Shown: positions 20,491-31,728, counted from the first letter of the stretch. The stretch: 64,000 nucleotides of DNA from Nitrosopumilus sp. (GCA_965207445.1 CBDBLX010000001.1:32001-96000), one strand, 5' to 3'. The notes: generated from the letters alone by a model not told the origin. Translations and numbers: made by a program.

Positions 20491-21659
20491 TAAAGTGTGT
20501 TGTTTGTAGTATTGTGATTACCGATAGGTGTATTGTTGGAATTGTCATGTTGCGGCGATGGTTGTTGTTGGTTTTGTTGTTGTTGTTGTTGTTGGTTTTG
20601 ATTTTGTAGCACATTACGGTGCTCGGATTGCTTGTTAATGTGAGTCATATCCAAGAATATCTCCTCAAGACTAGTAGGGGTAGCAGACAGATCTTCTATC
20701 TCAATTCCAGCGTCATGTAGTATCTGAAGCGTTTGCAATAAAGCAGAATCAGAGTTTGATGATCGAATGGTAATGGTGGTCCGAGTCGATTTTTTGTTGT
20801 TGTTGTTGTTATATGTGTCATGCGTCATGTGTGAATTTGAGGCTTTTGTGTTATTTTGACGTGTGTTATTGTGATGCGCATCACCACTATTGGAGTTGAT
20901 CTGACAGCCTTGCACACCTGATAACATTTCATGTAAATTCGGAGGGCTGTATGATAAATGAATCTTTATCGTCTTTTCGTTTCCGAGTTTTGATTTTAAT
21001 TCATCAGGTGTACTGACCTCTAGTAATTGACCATTGTTCATTATTGCAATCTCATCGCACAAATACTCAACTTCACTAAGTATGTGAGTTGTGTAAAATA
21101 TACTTAAACCCGTCTTGACTCTATTTCGAAGATAATCAAGCAAGTCACGACGCGCACTAGGATCAAGTCCTACTGTCGGCTCGTCTAAAAAGAGCAACTC
21201 CATATCATGCATGAATTCACGCGCCACCTGAACACGCCTGCGCTGGCCTATTGAGAGATCTTCGTTGCGGCGATGTCGTATCTCAACAAGACCAAACTCT
21301 TCTAAAAGAGACTCTGCACGTTCATGGCAAACATGTTTTGGCACATTCCACATCATCCCATATTTTTCAAGTGACTTTTCAACTGATAGTGTGGGCTCAT
21401 AGCTTAACTGTTGTAGTACAACACCTATCTTGTGACGTACTGCAAGTGGTTCCTTTATGGCATCAATACCTAATACAGATATTGCGCCTGCAGTGGGTCT
21501 GACAAGCGTAGTTAACATCTTGATTGTAGTTGATTTACCGGCCCCGTTTGGTCCCAAGAATCCAAATACGCATCCCTTTTGAACTGAAAACGAAATATCA
21601 TTTACTGCAATTGTACTAGAATATGACTTTGATAGGTGGCTTACATCTATACATGACAC
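20490..21659 (-). CDS. ABC transporter ATP-binding protein (DrrA-like) with N/Q-rich insertions
   Basis: GPNGAGKST, LSIGQ, FLDEPTVGLDP, TTH. Confidence 0.93.
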   Translation of the reverse strand: MSCIDVSHLSKSYSSTIAVNDISFSVQKGCVFGFLGPNGAGKSTTIKMLTTLVRPTAGAISVLGIDAIKEPLAVRHKIGVVLQQLSYEPTLSVEKSLEKYGMMWNVPKHVCHERAESLLEEFGLVEIRHRRNEDLSIGQRRRVQVAREFMHDMELLFLDEPTVGLDPSARRDLLDYLRNRVKTGLSIFYTTHILSEVEYLCDEIAIMNNGQLLEVSTPDELKSKLGNEKTIKIHLSYSPPNLHEMLSGVQGCQINSNSGDAHHNNTRQNNTKASNSHMTHDTYNNNNNKKSTRTTITIRSSNSDSALLQTLQILHDAGIEIEDLSATPTSLEEIFLDMTHINKQSEHRNVLQNQNQQQQQQQNQQQPSPQHDNSNNTPIGNHNTTNNTL

Positions 21660-21807
21660 AATTAAACACTGTCAGACGTATTTATAATCATAATTCAATG
21701 TTAATGTTAAATCAACCATACATTTGATTATATCTAGGTGTAGGTATATATGATTAGTTTATAGCCATTAATAAAATACAGTATAAATGCACTAGGTGAA
21801 AAATTTC

Positions 21808-21946
21808 AAGGTATAGACTCAGGTCAAATCATTAATTGGTTAGGACTTGGCACTACAAGATATGGGCATAAACTGTCCAATCAAGCCCTGATACAGAACA
21901 GGTGGCAGAATCGTTGCCACAGGTGTGTTGGTTCTATCTGAGTTTG
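21808..21946 (+). other. Structured ~145-nt element (ncRNA or MITE) whose 3' arm is split by the IS66 insertion
   Basis: AAGGTATAGACTCAG (21808-21822) pairs with CTGAGTTTGTACCTT (24076-24090); several internal stems. Confidence 0.5.
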
Positions 21947-24075
21947 GTAACAGTTAAACCCCCTACCTGTACACCTCGACACACATCTACCGCTATGCGA
22001 TGAAGTTTGGTGAATGATTTAGCTTGCCATGATGGTGTCATAGATGTTCTTTACAAGATCCTTGTCCTGATCATACCACGTCATCATACACGACATCAAT
22101 ATACCATAAACTTCCATTCCTGTTGTACTGCGAAACATCTGACGAATCTTTTTGTGAATTACGACGCGTCGCAGTGTTCGTTCGGATTTGTTGTTGGTAG
22201 GTGGCATGCCCGGATATTTGACAAATGTAAACAGGTCTGGCGCCGCATTGAGTAGTTTACCACCAAACGAGTATCCTAGTTCGGTATATGTGCCTGCAAT
22301 TGCCATGACGGGATCTATCCAGTTGTCTTGCAGTTGTTGATCTGTGGTGTCTGGGGGTAGCTGTTTGGCCTCGTGAAATATGTGCTGGAGTTTTTGGTGT
22401 AATTCTACGAGATTGTCGCCTTGCATGGCTGCCAGCAGTTCGGCATCGCGTAAAACATGCGCCCAGCAGCGCTGTTTGGTTTTGAATTTGTTGTATGCGG
22501 CGTATCCATCCACCACGATTGGAATGTCAAATAACGGACAGTGTATATCTAATACAGCCGCACCGCGTGAGCGAGTAATGACAAAACTGATGCCATATTC
22601 GCCTATGAAGACCCACGCATAGCCACGTTTTATGCCTATTTTGACTGGCGTTTCATCACCCATCAAATATCTTGTTTTTGCAAGATTTTTTGAGATCTGT
22701 TTTGCAGTTGCTGCAAACTTTTCTCTTGCTACTGCTGTAAGAACGTTCATTATGGTCACCTTTGAGACCTTTGGAACGCCGACTAGCGTTAGCATGTGTG
22801 ATATGGAGTTTAGACTGAGTGTTGTAAAGAACATGAATACGATCATGGTCATGAGATTGGGGCCAAACATTGAGCCTTTGGTATATCCTTTGGGCATGGT
22901 GTTTATTTTGTGGTTGTTTTTGCACTTGCCTTTTGATGATTTAATCTGTTTTTTTGTGGCTTTGACTATTTTTGGAGTGTCTATTACCATCTTGCATTCG
23001 TGTTTAACATCTACATCTGCACCACATTCAGGGCATTTGTCTACTGTACAGTCAATTTCCTCTGTGACGTCCATATCATATATGGTTGTTTTCTTCTCCT
23101 CCTCATCTTCATTCCATTTTTTTCCTTTTGTCTTCTCTTCTAACCCATACAGGATTAGACTGACTCCTTTTCTAACCGCTTTGTCGTTGGTTTCATGTGC
23201 AATTTCATTTTCGAGTACATAATTGTTAGAATTAGTAATGGCTTCCATAACTATTCCATATTCCAAGTAACAGCGTTCTGCATGTTCGCGTCTGTAATTT
23301 TTGAGTTTATTTTGTGAGTCACTTCCTGCAGAGGGAGGTGTGTGGGCATTATCAACACGGTGGTGTTGTCTGGTTTTTTGTTGGAGTTGTTGTTTTAGTT
23401 GTACATTCTCTTCTCTCAAAACTATACATTCCTGACTGCAATTGTGTTGCTGTTGTTGTTGCTTTATTGTATCCTCAAGCTGCTTGTTTTTGGCAGACAT
23501 TTTGGAGTATTTCTCTTCTAATACCGCAATCTCTGCTCGCGCAGTAGCCGTCTCTAGATGACTCTTCTCTAATTCAGCAGAATTGTTGCGTATCGTATCA
23601 TTTGCAGAATCCAACTGTGAGTGCAATGTATGAATTTCTTTGCGCAGTGTGGTCATCTCTGAGATCATTGCAACACACCACCTCTGATGATTTTGCTACC
23701 CGCCGCACAACTGTGTTTGAGTATACACTGTACACAATTATGTAAATTTTCATTATTGTGATTAAAATAGTCTAAATACTGTTTTTGCAATACAATATCA
23801 TTAAGTTTTCTACTTACCATTTTGGTATCAATGGTAAGTAAAAAACTATGTATTTAACACCCCGCAATGTCAAAAGCTGACCACAGATCAATTAGCTGAG
23901 TAATTTCCTGCCTAGATGCGAAAAATAATCAAACGTGTTTTCAACATTTTGGGCACTTTCTCACATATCGCCGTGTTTATCATTTAGATTTACGTGAATT
24001 CGATCACAATGATGATCGGTGATCGCTATTGCTGTATCTGTATGCCTACTTACAAAATAGGGGTTGAACTGTTAC
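21947..24075 (-). mobile_element. IS66-family insertion sequence, apparently intact
   Basis: TIRs GTAACAGTTAAACCCC / GGGGTTGAACTGTTAC; 9-bp direct repeat CTGAGTTTG at 21938-21946 and 24076-24084. Confidence 0.92.
22019..23668 (-). CDS. IS66-family transposase (TnpC-like)
   Basis: Coiled coil, TPPS, CPECG Zn finger, GDET, VDGYAAY, QRCWAHVLR, PTNNKSERTLR. Confidence 0.93.
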   Translation of the reverse strand: MISEMTTLRKEIHTLHSQLDSANDTIRNNSAELEKSHLETATARAEIAVLEEKYSKMSAKNKQLEDTIKQQQQQHNCSQECIVLREENVQLKQQLQQKTRQHHRVDNAHTPPSAGSDSQNKLKNYRREHAERCYLEYGIVMEAITNSNNYVLENEIAHETNDKAVRKGVSLILYGLEEKTKGKKWNEDEEEKKTTIYDMDVTEEIDCTVDKCPECGADVDVKHECKMVIDTPKIVKATKKQIKSSKGKCKNNHKINTMPKGYTKGSMFGPNLMTMIVFMFFTTLSLNSISHMLTLVGVPKVSKVTIMNVLTAVAREKFAATAKQISKNLAKTRYLMGDETPVKIGIKRGYAWVFIGEYGISFVITRSRGAAVLDIHCPLFDIPIVVDGYAAYNKFKTKQRCWAHVLRDAELLAAMQGDNLVELHQKLQHIFHEAKQLPPDTTDQQLQDNWIDPVMAIAGTYTELGYSFGGKLLNAAPDLFTFVKYPGMPPTNNKSERTLRRVVIHKKIRQMFRSTTGMEVYGILMSCMMTWYDQDKDLVKNIYDTIMAS

Positions 24076-24156
24076 CTGAGTTTGTACCTTAAGTATTATA
24101 AATTGCAATTTACAACTTTTATTACACACCATAACACAGCACAAGGTGATAAAGAA

Positions 24157-25728
24157 TTGACAGATATTGATGACCTAATAGACGAGATTACAAAACAGAG
24201 ACCAGAGTTAGACAAAGAAGAGATCTTGTCACGCATCAAAGCAAAAAAAGATGCAATCGGTGCAAACTATCTGACTGATAGAGGTGCGGTATTTTTGATT
24301 GCAAGTGAGTGTGGAATTACCATCGGCAAGCCAGTAAAATCAGATGTTGCAATAAAAGAGATGTATGCAGGTGCAGGCGAGGTTTCACTAGAGGTCAGAG
24401 TGTTGTGTGTGTCACCTATCAGAAAGTACACACAAAAAGACGGAGGGCAGGGCGCGCTTCGAACTATAACCGTATATGATAGTATAGAGGACACTGCAAG
24501 TGTAAAGTTGTGGAATGATAAAGCAAGCCTACCAGGGATAAACGAGTTAAAGCCTGGGGACTTTGTAAAAATCACAGGCGCCAACATAAAAGAAGAGAGA
24601 GGTAGAGGAGGAGATGACAATAGTAGTGAAGATACCAAAAAACCACTTGCAATTCATGTTGGGTCTGGCTCAATAATAGAGCCGGTTGATACACCACAAC
24701 GCGAGATACCAACTATTCAGAGTATTACAAAGGATATCAGTGACTTGTCAGAGACTAAAAGTGAATCTAATCTGGTAGTCTCAGGCATACTAGATGGTAA
24801 TATACAGTTGTTAGAGTATACAAGACAACAGACAGGTGAGCAAGCAACTGCCCTCAAGTTTAGGATGAGGGGGGAGAATGACGCTGGTAGTGGTAGTGGT
24901 AGTGGTAGTGGTAGTAGTGTAAGACGCATAGTGTTATGGGGCAAAGACATGTCATCAGTACCAAAAAAGATCACAACAGCATCTCCACAAGTGACATTAA
25001 TTGGAGTATCTACAAAAATTACAGAGCAGCAAGGAATGGAAATTCATGGAAACGAGTCTACTCATTTTGAGATCAAAGGTGGAGAAGGAGACGGCAACGA
25101 TACAATAGATCCCATTACGATAAGAATTCTAGCAAAGCCCACACCAACAAACAGTAGCAACAATACCAACACAAGACAAGCCATTCTAGGAGTCGACTCT
25201 AATGCCAAATTGTACACGATCATTGACAAGGACCAAGTATCAGTGGCATATAATGAAGGCGAGATAATAGAGTGCGTGCCCACTCGCATACAAGGCAGAA
25301 GTGTCACGCTAGACTCTAGCTCGTATATCAGAAGCATAAGTAGTGAGAGTACAGATGAGCAAGCAACAGCAATAATGCCGACATTAAAAGATGTGCTAAC
25401 ACCCATACTCGATATAAAACCAGACGGCGGAATATACTGTATTGGTTGCGTCTTGTTTAATGCACCTGATATGCGAGAGATACTGACAAAAAATGGCGAT
25501 ACAATACGTATGGCTGAAGTTGGAATCGGAGATGGTTCTGGTGAGGGTGTGATCAAAGCATGGAGAAACCAATCAACATTGTTTGAAAAATGCAATGTAG
25601 GAGACAAATACATCATAACAGGCATTAGAGCGCAGCAGGGTATGGGTGAGGGTATGGTAGACCTGACGTTGACTGAATACTCTACGATTACACCAGAAGC
25701 ATCTGTGAGAGAAGAGACACCACAGTAA
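24157..25728 (+). CDS. Replication protein A-like multi-OB-fold ssDNA-binding protein (start moved to TTG 24157, outside the IS)
   Basis: N-terminal LTDRGAVFLIASECG plus repeated OB-fold motifs (YDS..TASVKLWN, GDGSGEGVIKAWR). Confidence 0.8.
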   Translation: MTDIDDLIDEITKQRPELDKEEILSRIKAKKDAIGANYLTDRGAVFLIASECGITIGKPVKSDVAIKEMYAGAGEVSLEVRVLCVSPIRKYTQKDGGQGALRTITVYDSIEDTASVKLWNDKASLPGINELKPGDFVKITGANIKEERGRGGDDNSSEDTKKPLAIHVGSGSIIEPVDTPQREIPTIQSITKDISDLSETKSESNLVVSGILDGNIQLLEYTRQQTGEQATALKFRMRGENDAGSGSGSGSGSSVRRIVLWGKDMSSVPKKITTASPQVTLIGVSTKITEQQGMEIHGNESTHFEIKGGEGDGNDTIDPITIRILAKPTPTNSSNNTNTRQAILGVDSNAKLYTIIDKDQVSVAYNEGEIIECVPTRIQGRSVTLDSSSYIRSISSESTDEQATAIMPTLKDVLTPILDIKPDGGIYCIGCVLFNAPDMREILTKNGDTIRMAEVGIGDGSGEGVIKAWRNQSTLFEKCNVGDKYIITGIRAQQGMGEGMVDLTLTEYSTITPEASVREETPQ

Positions 25729-25740
25729 TGCTCAAAATCA

Positions 25741-28584
25741 CTAGTCCCAAAATCCACGCGTTGTGACATACTGTCTTTCTGCCTCATAGATCTGTTTGAA
25801 GAGATTATCTTCATCATCACTTATCATATTACGCAATATACGCGTAGCAGTATCAGCACCGATACCGTGCCCAGAGATGACCATTACAGCAACTTTACCA
25901 AAGGATTCTACGAGAGATGCCACTTTCCAAGCTCGATCAAACTTTTTCTTCTCCTCAAGGGTAATTTTGATTCCACCAACTCTTTTGCGAATGATACCAG
26001 ACAGATTAATGTCAGAGTAATATGATGCCGTAATCTGTCCACTACGACAGTGCGGACATTTCAATTTACCTATTATATCACACGTCTCTACAATCCTCTC
26101 CCATTTACCACATCGCATGCATATCATACGATGTTTAGTATGTGTGATTCTGTTCTTGATGGAATCTAGTATGCGCTTGTCAAGTACAGCAGGTGACGAA
26201 TAATATCTAGAGGTATGGTCTAGTATTGGAACTGCCAATTTTGAGAATCCATCTGTCGCCTCATTCCAATGTACCAAAATCTGGCCATTTTTAATACGAT
26301 CAAGTATCATTTGGCATCCGTCGAGATCATACTTGTCATGAAATAGTTCTCGGAGTGCTTCTTTGACTATTGGTGTGTTTACATATTGATTGTACAAAAA
26401 GCGAGCAAACCTACGCTCATACATGTCACCTCGTCTTGTAGCACCAAATTTTTTTGCAGCACACCACACACGCCAATTAAGATTGTGAGTGCCTACAAGT
26501 GATGTGCCTATCACTTTTGGTAGGTCATAGTCATCTTGCAACAAACGTAACAGTAAGAGTTCAGATATGCGTATAGATGATGAGGATAGAACGATACGAT
26601 ATCCATCTGAGCGAGAGTCTACTCGTGAATTTGAGAGTGCAGACAACATTGATGATAATAGTATTGCTAGAGTTGCATTGATACGACTTCCAAAACAGCA
26701 ATGTAGTATGATAATACCTTGTAGTTTTTGAGATTCGACTATAATACTACTATTTCCATTATTAATATAATTTTGATCAGTACTTTTTTGATCAGTAGAG
26801 TCGTAATTAGTATTATTATGAACAGTATGATTATGTTTAGCATTATGTTCATCCATCAAAGGAATGTCAAATGTTATCTCATCGAACACGTGATTCTGAG
26901 CAGTAACTTTTCCATCTTTGATCAATCCACGTAGCTCACCCACCCTATACGCAGTCTTGTAATCAATTGGCATCGTCTCCCCCTCCCAATAAGGAACTGT
27001 CTTTGAAGCCGCACCTGACATATGTGGCCCAAGCGGCTCGACATTTACCGTAAATGACTTTTCATCCACATGTAGTATTCGCCACTGTGAACCACGAAGC
27101 ACAAAGATGTTGCCTTGCTCACCATGATCACCAACAAACCTTTGATCAAGTGTTCCCATCCTTTTTCTGCCCACAGTATCAAATACCTTAAAGCGCAACA
27201 TATCAGGTATAGTAGAGAGATTCTCAAAGTGATATGTAATGTACCGTCCACTTTTGATAAATGTCATATTTTCACGATCATATATAATGAGTCTACTCTG
27301 ATCAAGTTGTTCTAGTACTTGGGAGAATGTCTCTAATTCTAAGTTGTGGTATGGATATGCCTTTTTTATCATATCTAGTGCTGCATTAATTTTTATCTTG
27401 TGTGAGCCTGCTTGAATAGACAGTCCTATCATGTGGTGTGCCAAGACATCAAGCGCATTGAAATGCAGGTGTTGTTGTTCAATTGAGCCATTGTGTATGC
27501 GCTCTAAAATTGACATTGCTTCTAGCTCATCATCAGCACTGTTGGTTATGATTAATCCACGCGCAGAATCCCTGTTATGCCTGCTGCGGCCTATTCGTTG
27601 AATAAACTTTGAGACTTGCCGAGGAGAGCCATAATGAACAACCAACTCTACAGAGCCAATATCAATTCCTAGTTCAAGTGAGGAGGTACAGACTATAATA
27701 CGCAGTCCTGTGCCCTCACGCAACAAGTGTTCTGTATCCTCTCTGACACTTTTTGATAATGAACCGTGGTGCAACTCGACTGGTGTTGTGGCTATCTCTT
27801 TTAGTACAGACGCCAAAAACTCAGCTTCTCCTCTAGTGTTTGTAAATAGCAAGACAGGGGAGTCTAAATTGTACTCTTTGATACGATCATATATTGCGCG
27901 CGCAATATCAGATATTGAACCACTCTCATACACGATATCAACATCATACTGGCGTAGCGTTCTGTCTTGTATGACACGACAGGGCCTATTCGTACCAGAA
28001 ACAAACTTTGCAGCATCAGAAATATTCCCGACAGTAGCAGATAATCCAATACGTGTTAATGGATGACGTGCATTTAATTCGAGTCGTTCTAAACTCAAAG
28101 AGAGTTGAGAGCCACGCTTGTTTGATAGCATCTCGTGGACCTCATCAATTACAACCCACTGTAAACTTGCAAGTGGCAACAACATCTTTGGCTGTGAGAG
28201 TAATACTACTAGTGTCTCTGGAGTTGTGATTAGTATATCAGGTGGATTCTCTGTAATCTTTTTGCGCTGACTCTGGGGCGTATCCCCATGCCGGATTCCA
28301 ATTGTAAGATTGCAATTTTTAGCATATGTGGTTATACGACGAAAGACGTCCTTGTTTAGAGCACGAAGTGGTGTGATGTATAATATTTGGATGCCATCAT
28401 GTTTTGTTTTTTGTAGTGATTCTGATACTATAGTGAATATTGGAATTACAGAGCATTCGGTCTTGCCTGAGCCGGTGGGTGCCACAACCAAGCAGTCACG
28501 TTTTTGAAGTATGAGAGGAGATGCTTTTGATTGTATAGTAGTTAGTCTCTCAAAGCCAAATTTTGCAAAAAGAGATTCAATCAC
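25741..28584 (-). CDS. lhr: Lhr-family DEAD/H helicase (probable GTG start at 28584)
   Basis: APTGSGKT, ITPLRAL, IDEVHE, SAT, HHGSLS, SSLELGIDIG, QRIGRSRH; C-terminal Zn finger. Confidence 0.92.
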   Translation of the reverse strand: MIESLFAKFGFERLTTIQSKASPLILQKRDCLVVAPTGSGKTECSVIPIFTIVSESLQKTKHDGIQILYITPLRALNKDVFRRITTYAKNCNLTIGIRHGDTPQSQRKKITENPPDILITTPETLVVLLSQPKMLLPLASLQWVVIDEVHEMLSNKRGSQLSLSLERLELNARHPLTRIGLSATVGNISDAAKFVSGTNRPCRVIQDRTLRQYDVDIVYESGSISDIARAIYDRIKEYNLDSPVLLFTNTRGEAEFLASVLKEIATTPVELHHGSLSKSVREDTEHLLREGTGLRIIVCTSSLELGIDIGSVELVVHYGSPRQVSKFIQRIGRSRHNRDSARGLIITNSADDELEAMSILERIHNGSIEQQHLHFNALDVLAHHMIGLSIQAGSHKIKINAALDMIKKAYPYHNLELETFSQVLEQLDQSRLIIYDRENMTFIKSGRYITYHFENLSTIPDMLRFKVFDTVGRKRMGTLDQRFVGDHGEQGNIFVLRGSQWRILHVDEKSFTVNVEPLGPHMSGAASKTVPYWEGETMPIDYKTAYRVGELRGLIKDGKVTAQNHVFDEITFDIPLMDEHNAKHNHTVHNNTNYDSTDQKSTDQNYINNGNSSIIVESQKLQGIIILHCCFGSRINATLAILLSSMLSALSNSRVDSRSDGYRIVLSSSSIRISELLLLRLLQDDYDLPKVIGTSLVGTHNLNWRVWCAAKKFGATRRGDMYERRFARFLYNQYVNTPIVKEALRELFHDKYDLDGCQMILDRIKNGQILVHWNEATDGFSKLAVPILDHTSRYYSSPAVLDKRILDSIKNRITHTKHRMICMRCGKWERIVETCDIIGKLKCPHCRSGQITASYYSDINLSGIIRKRVGGIKITLEEKKKFDRAWKVASLVESFGKVAVMVISGHGIGADTATRILRNMISDDEDNLFKQIYEAERQYVTTRGFWD

Positions 28585-28837
28585 TTGATTTTTTGACTTT
28601 GTTTTGGTTGCTGGATTTTGACTTTGTTTTGGTTGTGATGTTGTCTGAGGTAGTGTTGTTGTCTGAGGTGCTAATGGTTGTTTTTTCTTTTCCAGATGTG
28701 TGTTCTCTTTTTTTGACTTTTCTATCAGAGTCATTAATAGGGCTTGTTCTTGCTCGCTCATATAGAATTGCTCCTACCAGCCCAGCAGCAAACAACACAG
28801 TGCATATAATTGGAATATAATCAAATATTTCTGTCAT
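28577..28837 (-). CDS. Small single-pass membrane protein upstream of lhr
   Basis: N-terminal hydrophobic helix followed by a K/S/T-rich tail; stop overlaps the proposed lhr start. Confidence 0.55.
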   Translation of the reverse strand: MTEIFDYIPIICTVLFAAGLVGAILYERARTSPINDSDRKVKKREHTSGKEKTTISTSDNNTTSDNITTKTKSKSSNQNKVKKSSD

Positions 28838-30057
28838 GTTAGGGTTTTTGATAACTACCGTTAAAAATCTTAAGATTGACCAGCAATCTTGTAACTATTT
28901 TACGGCATGAGTAATAAAGCAACTAAAAAATCGCAATGACGCGTGACTTTAATCTGTGTTAGAATTTGTGAGTGTCATCATATCAAACATAATTCCTCTC
29001 AAATGGTATTGTAAGCTCAAAAAAAAAGAATCAAAATTGATCTCAATTATACAAAACACACAAGTGTAAAAATACACCAAATAGTTGGACATAAAATTAG
29101 AGTAAAAAATACAATCTAAAAAATATTATATGTCTACATTTAATATATATTTAATATACATTTAATATATATTCAACACACATGCACAATACTCATAATC
29201 ATTTCTCACTAAACCAAACATCAACAAACTTTACCAGTAACCGTTCAACCCCCCCCCCCCCCCCCCCCACCTCACACTGTAACACTACACAAAACTGCCC
29301 AGTACAATTGTCTTGATTGTGGTGCAAAATTTCAAGCTAAAAATAACCTTCCACCAAACGGTCAGTTCGATTACTCTGTAATTCGCTATGTGGCATATCA
29401 ACTCTCGCACAGAAAGACTCCTAAAATATTTCACAAGATTTTAAGAACCTGTACAAACTAGACGTTTCTGATACGACAATTCGTAATATATACGACCGTC
29501 AAACTATACTGCTAAAACCCATAAGAGATGGTTTCATGGCTGAATTAGAAAAATCACAGTCAGTAATCATGAATGAGACCGAATACAAAGGTGAGCCCAA
29601 AAGATGGATAATGGCAGTTAGAAACGATGACACCGTAGCGTACCTGCACTCTCAGAATCGTAGTACAACAGATCTCATAGCACAGGCCGAAAACTGTATT
29701 GGTGCAATAAGTCGAGATGGATACCGCGGATATGATACTGTATTTCCAAATCACATAAAACAGCGCTGCACACAACACATTGTGCAGGAGAGTGGAACCA
29801 TTTCAAATCGTAGTGAACTTGAATCTGCTACCAATTTGTATAATGAGTTGAACAAAAAATTTATCGCGTTGCGCAAATGGACTCGTGGCAACTACTCTTT
29901 AAAGAGTAGGCGTTCATATGTTACAAAACTTCAAAAATGGTTGTGTGGTATAATATCTAGATACAAAAAAAGCAGGTATGAAATAATGAAAAAGTTTGGC
30001 ACCACACTAGAAAACACAGCGCCCGAACTATTTACATTTGTTTTGTATCCAATTATA

Positions 30058-31728
30058 GAGGTTGGTGCGTAATTGACATTTGGCCTCCTGTGACCCTTCT
30101 GTGAGCTTGGTTTATTGCACATTCAATCTACAAAAGACTGAAACCTATCTATAGTGCGTTTCGTTTTTGAATATGCATGTGTGTTTTAGCAGACAGATTA
30201 TAGAACATAAAACGTGCAAGTGTGATAGCAGTCACTATCATTGGTATGATGGAATTTTTTGCCCTTTTTCATGAGCGCAGATAAATCTGTTCAGGACGTT
30301 GATGTTCCATGCAATCGATAGTATTTTACCAAACCGCTTTTGATTTTTGGCCAGACGCATACGACAGTGTAGCCTGTGATTCTTTGTCTCTTCTGCTCCA
30401 AATATTGCCTCGATAAGTGCGCGTTGTTTGTATGCATCTTGGTCAAAGATCTCCGCTGCTTTTTTTCTGCTTGGTTTACCACGGTTTGTATTACCTGCGC
30501 CATCTGTATGATTGCGCTGCTTTATGTTCGGTTTCATGTTTGCATTGAATATTATCTCACAGTTTTGATCCGAGTCATATCCCTTGTCTCCGTTGAATAA
30601 GCGTTCTTCAATCTGTGTATAGTTTTTTACGAGAAAGCTGACCATATATGGAAGCATTGACGTGTCACTCACATTGCTTGGAGTTGTGTATGATGCAAGT
30701 ACGATCTGGTGTCCGGTTATCGCAGTAATGTGATATTTTAGGTACGTCTTGATGCGTGTCGGCTCAAAGTCTTGTAGTACATGATTAGGTCTTTCTTGTT
30801 TTTCGTACCTGTCAGTCTCTACCCCACTACTGTCTATCCCAATCGGAGCGGTAGGTCCTTTTTTTACGTCTTGTTTACCGCTCTCAAAATCCTCGGATCC
30901 GTGCGTAAGTATGGACTCTTTGTCTTTTATCGGTACCGGATCTGTCCCAGATTTTTCAAGTTCATCTAGACACATATTGGCAGTATATGCTAAAATAGAA
31001 TCAAGCCAGTCGAGATCAATTGTTTGCATATGTTTGGTTACCCAACTATAATCAGGCTTCGTCTCGTCAACCCATTCATCATGCATATGTCCAAGCTCAT
31101 TTACCACGTCACGAAAAGGAATATTTTTTGCAACTTTTAAAAGACACAAAAAATCCATCTTGTCACGAGAGTGTACCGGCTTGCATCCTCTATTTGTTTT
31201 CTTTTCCTTGCACGGATGTGGGTTTTTTCGTATCGCCGACAGCAAGGTCTTGCGCATAAAATCCGGCTCAGATTTGCGTGCCTGTTCGTAATACTGCCAA
31301 TAACCTTCGCGTCGCTTGTGCTGCTCTGTCACTATACGGTCTGCTTCCATAATCTGTTCTTATTTGAGACCCACCCACTAAATTTACACAAACAACAAGC
31401 AGGCGCCACATTCATCACAAACCATGCATTGTAATGGGCGACATTCTGTGTAGTATAGCATGTTGTGGCAACCCACCATATGTCGTCGTTCCACCACACT
31501 TCACAAACGATACGTTGATAACATTGGCTAGTCAACGTTGTTTAGCATCCCCTCTGTTATTATCACAATTATTCAATTGGGATGCCCCTATAAGTAACTT
31601 TTGGTATGCGCGCAGATACTTTTATATATGAGCTTATTAAATATATGTACATAAAACTCTGGCGATATTTGCAGATGGCTTTGCAAGTACGGTGCAGGTG
31701 GCGATTTGATGAATTACGCACCAACCAC
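30058..31728 (-). mobile_element. IS5/IS4-like insertion sequence, full-length
   Basis: 17-bp TIRs GAGGTTGGTGCGTAATT / AATTACGCACCAACCAC (1 mismatch); 9-bp TSD CCAATTATA at 30049-30057 and 31729-31737. Confidence 0.92.
30238..31350 (-). CDS. DDE transposase (IS5/IS4-like)
   Basis: GIDSSG, LKYH, GDKGYDS, YKQRALIEAIFG (YREK-like) motifs. Confidence 0.9.
   Translation of the reverse strand: MEADRIVTEQHKRREGYWQYYEQARKSEPDFMRKTLLSAIRKNPHPCKEKKTNRGCKPVHSRDKMDFLCLLKVAKNIPFRDVVNELGHMHDEWVDETKPDYSWVTKHMQTIDLDWLDSILAYTANMCLDELEKSGTDPVPIKDKESILTHGSEDFESGKQDVKKGPTAPIGIDSSGVETDRYEKQERPNHVLQDFEPTRIKTYLKYHITAITGHQIVLASYTTPSNVSDTSMLPYMVSFLVKNYTQIEERLFNGDKGYDSDQNCEIIFNANMKPNIKQRNHTDGAGNTNRGKPSRKKAAEIFDQDAYKQRALIEAIFGAEETKNHRLHCRMRLAKNQKRFGKILSIAWNINVLNRFICAHEKGQKIPSYQ

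Noticed and set aside
24064..24156. N-terminal extension of the RPA-like ORF
   Set aside because: Start lies inside the IS66 terminal repeat; TTG 24157 is more plausible
25062..25820. Long antisense ORFs (also 22632-23222, 50103-50579, 11390-11710 and similar)
   Set aside because: Shadow frames of well-supported genes, with no motifs of their own
29249..29268. Poly-C tract as a phase-variation switch
   Set aside because: Lies in a dead IS66 end next to the TIR, with no intact gene to control; length may be a sequencing artefact
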